Shown here piece by piece: positions 57,204 through 64,000 of a DNA stretch of 64,000 nt. The position numbers and the translations under genes were made by a program. Location of the stretch: contig JACRET010000001.1 of the NCBI GenBank assembly GCA_016218105.1, positions 1,262 to 65,261 of the forward strand, written 5' to 3'. Below the pieces are notes generated by a model. That model saw nothing but the letters and a program-made list of their open reading frames with translations. It was not told where the DNA came from and ran no database searches. The stretch is from Deltaproteobacteria bacterium. Lineage in GTDB: Bacteria > Desulfobacterota > GWC2-55-46. Within the stretch, counting starts at the first letter, position 1. Every line of letters starts with the position of its first letter.

Positions 57204-59144
57204 CTTCTTTTTGATGGGCAGATAGACCCTGAATATTGCTCCGCCGCCCGCGTTATTCTCGAATTCTATCATACCCCCGTGCTCCTTTACGATCGACTGC
57301 GATATCGAAAGGCCAAGCCCGATATTGAGCCCTCCGCCCTTCTCCTTTGTGGTAAAGAAGGGATCGAACATCTTTTCTTTTACCTCATCGGAAATACCGG
57401 GGCCGGTGTCCCTCACCTGGGCTACCGCGTACTCCAGGTCTTCCCTCTTTACCAGGTATGTGGAGATGAATATCCTTCCGTTGCCGTTTATGGCGTCACG
57501 GGCGTTCTTTAACAGATTGAGCGCCACCTCCATTATCCTGCCTTTGTGACCCATTATCTCAGGCAGGTCGGGCTCATAATCGGCGATGATATCTATTGAG
57601 CTCAACTTCATCTCGGATACGAAAAGGCTCAACGTAGCCCTTATCGTCTCGTTCAGGTTCATGGGCTCATAATCCGCTTTCGAAGGCCTGGAATACGTAA
57701 GCACATCAAGTATTATGTACTTGGAGCGCACCGCGGCCTCTCTCATCTTTTCAAGGAGAAAATAGTCGGGGTGTTTCCTGTCCGTTCTCCTCAACAATGC
57801 CTCGCAGATGCTTAATATCCCGGCTATCGGGCTATTAAGCTCATGAGCGATCCCCGCCCCCATCTCGCCAAGGGATATGAGCTTGGCGGACTGTATGAGC
57901 CTCTGTTCGGAATACTGCAGCTTTTTATAGGCTGTCTCCAGTTCCTTGAGAGAATCGTCAAGCTTCAAGGTCCTCTCTCTGACCGTATCCTCAAGCTCAG
58001 AGACGTATTTGTTCAGAGTGGCTACGAACCCCTTTCTCTCGGTGAGGTCTCTCCATATCTCCTGCATATAGAATTTCCCGTCAAACTCAAAGACAGACGC
58101 GGCTATTTCAACCGGCACGCTGAAACCGTCCTTTTTGATTATAACCGCGTCATGCAGATACCCCTTGCCGTCATGCTTCCACCTTTTAAATACCTCCATG
58201 TACTCTGAAACCTTCTCAGGCGGATAAAGGTCTTCAGAGCGCATGTTAAGGAGTTCCTGTAATGAATACCCGGTCAGAACAGAGGCGGCGGGATTGGCGT
58301 CGGCTATCATCTTTGTGCTCATGTCTTTAAGCAGGATCGCGTCAGCCGCCATCTGGACAAGCCTGGAGTGTTTCTCGCTCAAATATCTGAGCCTTTCAGT
58401 CGCATTATGGAGGGATTCCGCCATCTGGTCGAACGCAAGACCGACATCTTCGAATTCATCGCCGGTCTTAATGCCCACCCTGTGCCAGAAATCACCTTCG
58501 GCCAGCGCCAAAGCCCCCTTTTTAAGGCTTTCGAGCGGCTTTAAAAGCCTTTTATTGACCGTAACGAGTATTGCCATGAAGATCAGTAAAAGGATACCTC
58601 CGCACCAGTAAATGAATCCCCTGCTGTGGCCTAATATCGCTCCCTCGTATCTTTTCATGGAAATTTCAACGGAGACGGCCCCGCTTACGTCGCCGGCCTT
58701 CGCGGTATGGCAGGTCATGCAATCCTCAAAAAATACAATGGGCCTTACGACCCTTACCGTCATGTGACCGTCATGAGACCCGAATTCCGTTCCCCTGCGG
58801 CCTTCAAGGGCCTGCCTGTCCAGCTCATCTATGGGCAGTTCGTCTTCTTCAATCCCGAATTGCCTGTCGAGGTGAGCGCCATGTATAATCCGCAGATCCT
58901 CTATATCGCCGGCATTCCTGAACCTCTCGATTATAAGCCTGTTCTCTTTCCTCCCTCCGCCTAGCCTCATCGACGTATAAAGCTGATGAAAGACGGTTTC
59001 AGAGATCTGTTCGGCCTCGCTTATGCCTATTTCATCAAGGAGTTTTTTGCTTGAACGTATGTCATAGATAAAGAGCGCAAGCATCCCCAGGAGCAGGATG
59101 CCTCCGATATAGAGATTAAACCTGTTGGTAAGTTTAAGCCTCAT
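57201..59144 (-). CDS. Sensor histidine kinase with periplasmic c-type heme motif, HAMP and PAS
   Basis: Two TMs flank a domain containing CMTCH; HAMP; PAS; AHELNSP; GLGL. Confidence 0.88.
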   Translation of the reverse strand: MRLKLTNRFNLYIGGILLLGMLALFIYDIRSSKKLLDEIGISEAEQISETVFHQLYTSMRLGGGRKENRLIIERFRNAGDIEDLRIIHGAHLDRQFGIEEDELPIDELDRQALEGRRGTEFGSHDGHMTVRVVRPIVFFEDCMTCHTAKAGDVSGAVSVEISMKRYEGAILGHSRGFIYWCGGILLLIFMAILVTVNKRLLKPLESLKKGALALAEGDFWHRVGIKTGDEFEDVGLAFDQMAESLHNATERLRYLSEKHSRLVQMAADAILLKDMSTKMIADANPAASVLTGYSLQELLNMRSEDLYPPEKVSEYMEVFKRWKHDGKGYLHDAVIIKKDGFSVPVEIAASVFEFDGKFYMQEIWRDLTERKGFVATLNKYVSELEDTVRERTLKLDDSLKELETAYKKLQYSEQRLIQSAKLISLGEMGAGIAHELNSPIAGILSICEALLRRTDRKHPDYFLLEKMREAAVRSKYIILDVLTYSRPSKADYEPMNLNETIRATLSLFVSEMKLSSIDIIADYEPDLPEIMGHKGRIMEVALNLLKNARDAINGNGRIFISTYLVKREDLEYAVAQVRDTGPGISDEVKEKMFDPFFTTKEKGGGLNIGLGLSISQSIVKEHGGMIEFENNAGGGAIFRVYLPIKKK

Positions 59145-59271
59145 TATAGGTACCGTAAGATTTTTTTCCGGGAAGTATTCGGGGTGAGAAAATGCTGGAG
59201 CCGGTGGTTATGGGAAAGAATTTTCTTCCCGGGACATAATCAGTTCAATCTTATCCAATAGCTGCTTTTTG

Positions 59272-59856
59272 TCAATTACCCGTCAGGTTATGGCTTTTAA
59301 AGAAGCTTACGAAATAATCGACCCCAGACCACATGGTAAGCACGAAGGACACAAGGAGCAGCGCCGAACCCGCAAGGTGAAAATCAAAACCCATGAAGGG
59401 ATAATGCATCAGGAGCGGTACGATGCATACTATCTGTGAGATGGTCTTGATCTTTCCAAGCCTGCTCGCTGAAATGACCACGCCCATGTCTGAAGCTATT
59501 GCGCGAAGTCCCGTTACCGCCATTTCACGGGATATCATGAGGGCAATGATCCACGCGGGAACCCTTCCGAGCGGAATAAGCATTATAAACGCCGTTGTTA
59601 TCAGAAGCTTATCGGCCAGAGGGTCAAGGAATTTGCCAAGGGAAGTGATTACACCCATCCTGCGGGCCAGATACCCGTCAAGCCAGTCCGTCAGGCAGAC
59701 GAGAATGAAGATGCCAGCCGTAATCGCGCTTAAAAGCCTCCCGGGCGACAGCAGAAGATAGACGAACAACGGGGCAGAGCCTATCCTGATGATGGAAAGG
59801 CTGTTGGGAAGGTTTAAAAAACTCACCCGCGGCTCTGAGGACATAATTTCACTCAT
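59272..59856 (-). CDS. pgsA: CDP-diacylglycerol--glycerol-3-phosphate 3-phosphatidyltransferase
   Basis: NLPNSLS..R, TDWLDGYLARR..T.LGKFLDPLADK, SG.DYF. Confidence 0.95.
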   Translation of the reverse strand: MSEIMSSEPRVSFLNLPNSLSIIRIGSAPLFVYLLLSPGRLLSAITAGIFILVCLTDWLDGYLARRMGVITSLGKFLDPLADKLLITTAFIMLIPLGRVPAWIIALMISREMAVTGLRAIASDMGVVISASRLGKIKTISQIVCIVPLLMHYPFMGFDFHLAGSALLLVSFVLTMWSGVDYFVSFFKSHNLTGN

Positions 59857-59924
59857 TTTTTCTTGCTATTATTTATTACAGATAAAGGAAGGGAATTCAA
59901 GCAAAAAGACGGAAGAATCTACCT

Positions 59925-60518
59925 CTATTTCCCTGCGCCCCTGTATTGGCTGTAATAGTAGAGCACCCTCTTTACGTATGTCTGGGTTTCGGAGTACGGG
60001 GGTATGGAGCCGTATTTCAACACAGCGTTCTCTCCGGCGTTATAAGCCGCGACGGCCAAAGGGACCTTCCAATCGAACATCTTAAGGAGTTTGCTCAGGT
60101 ACCTTATCCCGCCCTCCACGTTCTCCTCAGGGTCATGTATGTCCCTGACGCCCATGAGCCTTGCGGTCTCCGGCATAAGCTGCATGAGCCCCCTCGCGCC
60201 TTTAACGGAGACAGCCCTCGCGTCAAAATCAGATTCAGCCTTGACGATGGCCTTTACCAGCTTCGGGTCTATCCCGTATCTCTGCGAGGTATTATATATG
60301 ATATCCTCGAACCTGCTGTTAGACGATATCCTGTATGAGGCGTTCCTTGGCCCTGAATTGCGTTCTGACATCATCCATTTGTAATTCGAAGATGTCGGGA
60401 CGTTCGTGATGTGCACGACGCCGTTCTCGTCGGTATACTTGTAGAAATCCGCGTGGGCCGCGGAGACCAGCATGAAGATTACCGGGAGGAACAGGAGGTA
60501 TATAATTTTTATCGTCAT
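59925..60518 (-). CDS. Lytic transglycosylase (SLT domain) with N-terminal DUF4124-like domain
   Basis: YKYTDENGVVHITN; AES, GARGLMQLMP, AAYNAG, PPYSETQTYV. Confidence 0.92.
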   Translation of the reverse strand: MTIKIIYLLFLPVIFMLVSAAHADFYKYTDENGVVHITNVPTSSNYKWMMSERNSGPRNASYRISSNSRFEDIIYNTSQRYGIDPKLVKAIVKAESDFDARAVSVKGARGLMQLMPETARLMGVRDIHDPEENVEGGIRYLSKLLKMFDWKVPLAVAAYNAGENAVLKYGSIPPYSETQTYVKRVLYYYSQYRGAGK

Positions 60519-60838
60519 ATTACCGTTTCGCTAAGGTTATGGCTCTGAAGCAACAAACCTTGCCCTTAAGTGTACAATGTGATTTAAAAAAGGGCAAGCC
60601 CTTTATACATGACAATGCAAAACAATTAATAAATTCAACTACTTGCATTTAAAAATTGACAAAGAGTCACTCTTGTCATAATCTTGAAAAGTTCCCTCAC
60701 ATATAATATCGTCCGTTACTCATGAAACTTAAAGATATAGAGCTCCGAACGGGTATGAACCGCGCTTGCGGTTTCAGCTGTGGATAATGGAAAAATCATG
60801 CCCTGGAGTTTCAATTTAAATCTGAAAGAGGCTTTCCA

Positions 60839-62452
60839 TTGGAAATAAGGTCTGATTTTTTAGTCATCGGGAGCGGCATAGCTGGTTTAAGTTTCGCCTT
60901 GAAGGCGGCCCAAACCGGCACCGTATCCATTATAACCAAACGCTCGATAAGGGAGTCCGCCACCTTTTACGCCCAGGGCGGCATCGCCTCGGTATCAAGC
61001 AAGGAAGACACCTTCGAGGCCCACATAAAAGACACCTTATACGCCGGGGCCGGGCTGTGCCACAAAGATATCGTGGAGGTGGTGGTAAAGGACGCGCCTG
61101 CGCGCATTCAGGAGCTTATACAGCTTGGGGTCAAGTTCTCCAGCCGCTCGACCGGCGCCGATGTGGAGCTGGACCTGGGGAAGGAAGGCGGCCATTCAAA
61201 GAGAAGGATAGTACATGCAGAGGACCTGACCGGCAGGGCCGTAGAAGAGGCCCTTGTGGCGGCGATAGAGTCGAACAGGAACATAAAGGTATTTGAAAAC
61301 CATATCGCGGTAGACCTTATCTCCCATTCCAAATTCGTGGAAAATACGGGAGAGGAGATCATATGGGGCGCTTACGCCCTGAATAAAGATACGGGTGAAG
61401 TTTATACCTTTTTATCGAAAGCCACGATACTCGCCACAGGCGGGGCCGGCAAGGTATACCTTTTCACCTCAAATCCCGATATCGCCACTGGGGACGGCAT
61501 CGCCATGTCATACCGAGCCGGGGCTGAGATCGCGAACATGGAGTTCATCCAGTTCCATCCGACCTGCCTTTACCACTCAAAGGCTAAGAGTTTTCTTATT
61601 TCAGAGGCGTTAAGGGGGGAAGGCGGCCTCTTAAAGCTTAAAGACGGGACCACCTTCATGAAAGGCCACCATCCGATGGCGGACCTCGCCCCAAGGGATA
61701 TTGTCGCCAGGGCCATCGACTTTGAGCTTAAAAAAAGCGGCGACGATTGCGTCTATCTGGATATCAGCTTCAAACCCTCCAAATTTATAAAGGAACGGTT
61801 TCCCAATATTTACGGCAAATGCCTTGAGTTCGGGATAGACATTACGGAGGCCCCCATCCCTGTAGTGCCTGCGGCACATTACACATGCGGAGGGGTGCTG
61901 ACCAATAAGGACGGGCTTTCTTCCTTAAGCAGGCTTTATGTGATCGGAGAGACCGCCTGCACCGGGCTCCACGGGGCGAACAGGCTCGCGTCAAACTCCT
62001 TGCTCGAATCGCTTGTTATAGCCGAGAGGGCGTCGATCCACGCCAGGGATGTAGTCAGGCGCACGTCCGGCCCGATCCCCGCGATACCCGAGTGGGAGAC
62101 GAGGGGCGCCGTGGTGAGCGATGAGGCTGTCGTTATCAGCCAGAACTGGGACGAGATAAGAAGGTTCATGTGGAATTATGTCGGCATCGTAAGGTCTGAC
62201 AAGAGGCTTGAGCGCGCGCAGAGGCGGATCAGCCTCCTTAAAGAAGAGATAAACGAGTACTATTGGGATTTCAAGATAACGAATAATCTGATCGAACTTC
62301 GGAACATCTCTACGGTAGCCGAGCTTATCATAAAATCGGCGAGCCTGCGGAAGGAATCGAGGGGGCTCCATTACAATATAGATTATCCTGAAAAGGATGA
62401 CGTGAACTTCATGAAGGATACTGTCTTGAAGCTTGGGGTCGAGCCTGCGTGA
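60839..62452 (+). CDS. nadB: L-aspartate oxidase
   Basis: GSGIAG, YAQGGI, EGGHSKRRIVH, QFHPT, SEALRGEG, PAAHYTCGG, GLHGANRLASNSL, ESRGLHY. Confidence 0.96.
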   Translation: MEIRSDFLVIGSGIAGLSFALKAAQTGTVSIITKRSIRESATFYAQGGIASVSSKEDTFEAHIKDTLYAGAGLCHKDIVEVVVKDAPARIQELIQLGVKFSSRSTGADVELDLGKEGGHSKRRIVHAEDLTGRAVEEALVAAIESNRNIKVFENHIAVDLISHSKFVENTGEEIIWGAYALNKDTGEVYTFLSKATILATGGAGKVYLFTSNPDIATGDGIAMSYRAGAEIANMEFIQFHPTCLYHSKAKSFLISEALRGEGGLLKLKDGTTFMKGHHPMADLAPRDIVARAIDFELKKSGDDCVYLDISFKPSKFIKERFPNIYGKCLEFGIDITEAPIPVVPAAHYTCGGVLTNKDGLSSLSRLYVIGETACTGLHGANRLASNSLLESLVIAERASIHARDVVRRTSGPIPAIPEWETRGAVVSDEAVVISQNWDEIRRFMWNYVGIVRSDKRLERAQRRISLLKEEINEYYWDFKITNNLIELRNISTVAELIIKSASLRKESRGLHYNIDYPEKDDVNFMKDTVLKLGVEPA

Positions 62453-62493
62453 GAGCGGATTACGGCTTTTAAAAGCGCCGGCAGGCTTATCGC

Positions 62494-63561
62494 TTATCTC
62501 TTTCCGGCAGGGCGGAGTTTTACCGTTACCGCCGTCCCCTCCCCTTTTTTGCTCTCCACATCTATGTCCCCGCCATGATCGTGTATTATCCTGTATGTGA
62601 TCGTAAGGCCCAGCCCGGCCCCTTCGAATTTCGAGGATTGGAAGGGGTTGAAAATTTTTCTAAGCTCGTCGGGGTTTATTCCGATGCCGTTGTCGGATAT
62701 CCTGATCATTAAAGTCTGATCGGGCGCCGTGGACGTTTCAACTTTTATCTCCCCCTTTTTTTCTATGGCTTCGACCGAGTTCTGCAGGATATTGTAGAGG
62801 GCCGTCTTGAAGTTTCCGTAATCGAGGTTGACCGGCGGCGGGGCTGGCATCAAAACCGCGTTTATGGCGATCTCCTTGTCAATGCCTTCGATGAATTCCT
62901 TTATGTCGTTTACCGATTCGCTTACCGCCTTGTTTACGTCCCCGGGGACGAGGGTTGAGACGAGTATCCTCTTGTATTCATCTATCCTCTGAAGCATCCT
63001 CTCCAGGCGCTGGACGGATTTTATGATCCACTGCGCGTACTCCTTGTGCTGGGGGTCTGTCTCGCCCTCAAAGAGCCTTCTGGCCATGCCTCCGATGGCC
63101 GTCAGGGGATTTCTGATCTCATGCGCGATGCCGTCCACCATGCCGCCGAGCGCGGCCATCTTCTCGGATTCCCTGAGCCTTGTCTGAAGGGCGCGCATAC
63201 GCAGGAGGGATTTGACCCTGGCGGCGACCTCTTGAAGGCTGTAGGGCTTATTGATGTAATCCTCGGCACCGACCTCGAAACCAAGCACCTTATCCTCTAT
63301 CTCAGTCCTGCCGGTCAGCATTATTACCGGGATATACCTTGTCTCCTCACGCGACTTGAGGTGCCTTAGAGCCTCATAACCGTCCATCTGAGGCATCATA
63401 ACATCCATAAGGATCAGATCAGGCGGGTCAGCCTCTACCCTGGCGAGCGCCTCTATCCCATTTCTGGCATTTGCGACTTCATACCCCTCCCGCTCCAGTT
63501 TAGCCGTAAGGAGCGCAAGGTTCCTTTCATCGTCATCTACGGCAAGTATCCTTGGCTTCAT
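62494..63561 (-). CDS. Hybrid receiver-histidine kinase
   Basis: N-terminal receiver (VDD, MDVMMP, KPY), AHEIRNPL, GAGLGL. Confidence 0.92.
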   Translation of the reverse strand: MKPRILAVDDDERNLALLTAKLEREGYEVANARNGIEALARVEADPPDLILMDVMMPQMDGYEALRHLKSREETRYIPVIMLTGRTEIEDKVLGFEVGAEDYINKPYSLQEVAARVKSLLRMRALQTRLRESEKMAALGGMVDGIAHEIRNPLTAIGGMARRLFEGETDPQHKEYAQWIIKSVQRLERMLQRIDEYKRILVSTLVPGDVNKAVSESVNDIKEFIEGIDKEIAINAVLMPAPPPVNLDYGNFKTALYNILQNSVEAIEKKGEIKVETSTAPDQTLMIRISDNGIGINPDELRKIFNPFQSSKFEGAGLGLTITYRIIHDHGGDIDVESKKGEGTAVTVKLRPAGKR

Positions 63562-64000
63562 CTTGCTTTATTGTCTCCGGAGAGCAGCCCGTCCCTGATG
63601 CCTTTATAGAACGCGGCCTTCTCTTCATTTCCCATTTCTTTATAGATATATATCATCCTGTCAAGACTTTTGGCCGCGTGCAGCGCAAAGCCGCCGTTAA
63701 GGCTCACAAGATAGCATCTCTCGAAAAGGAACAGGGCGTCCCTGGATTTGCCGTCCTCAAGCTTCAGTTCCGCCATATTCTCCAGGTCCGCGGCTATCTT
63801 CAAGGCATCGCCGTTGGACTTGTCTATCCTGTACGCGTCCTCAAAATGAAGGGCGGCCTCTACGGCCTTGCCCTCCTGGCGTTTAAGCCTGGCGAGCCCC
63901 CTGTATGAATTGGCGGCCTCTGTTCCATTGCCGTCCGTCCCGCCGATCTCAAGCGCCTTTCTGAAAAGCTCCTCAGCCTCTTTCCCCCTGCCTGTATCCA
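63558..64000 (-). CDS. TPR-repeat protein, 5' end beyond window
   Basis: Frame stays open from 63558 to the window edge (..EAEELFRKALEI..SYRGLARL..AALHFEDAYRIDK..), TPR-like. Confidence 0.75.
   Translation of the reverse strand, partial: DTGRGKEAEELFRKALEIGGTDGNGTEAANSYRGLARLKRQEGKAVEAALHFEDAYRIDKSNGDALKIAADLENMAELKLEDGKSRDALFLFERCYLVSLNGGFALHAAKSLDRMIYIYKEMGNEEKAAFYKGIRDGLLSGDNKAR

Overview
A 64-kb, gene-dense bacterial chromosome segment, mostly coded on the minus strand. Gene content and order suggest an anaerobic or microaerobic deltaproteobacterium (Desulfobacterota-like); this taxonomy is an inference. Left to right it holds ruvA-ruvC-yebC, msrB, a GGDEF/PhnA-like/GNAT block, two sigma54 activators with ntrY-ntrX, a polyprenol-phosphate-mannose synthase next to a TMTC-like TPR glycosyltransferase, a System II cytochrome c maturation operon, a complete rnfCDGEAB operon, degP, a hexaheme c7-type cytochrome, a copA / cytochrome c / PrdB-like block, a plus-strand radical-SAM / ThDP-enzyme / glycosyltransferase cluster, a type IV pilus locus (pilB-pilT-pilC-pilS-pilR ... 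pilA) interleaved with three membrane-TPR glycosyltransferase-like genes, a heme-c sensor kinase, pgsA, a lytic transglycosylase and nadB. The main signals the ORF track misses or does not explain are: (1) a near-canonical ZMP/ZTP riboswitch with an overlapping terminator directly upstream of the rnf operon, linking folate one-carbon stress to membrane electron transport; (2) an in-frame UGA with a UxxC motif and a SECIS-like hairpin that joins two ORFs into one PrdB-like selenoprotein; (3) a candidate pilin glycosylation system made of TMTC-like GT-C enzymes, a Ppm1-like donor synthase and a radical-SAM/ThDP sugar-tailoring cluster; (4) a sigma54 promoter with tandem palindromic enhancer sites at pilA; (5) at least four families of short intergenic repeats or MITEs. 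I saw no rRNA, tRNA, CRISPR array or intact transposase. All calls come from reading motifs by eye; no database searches were run.
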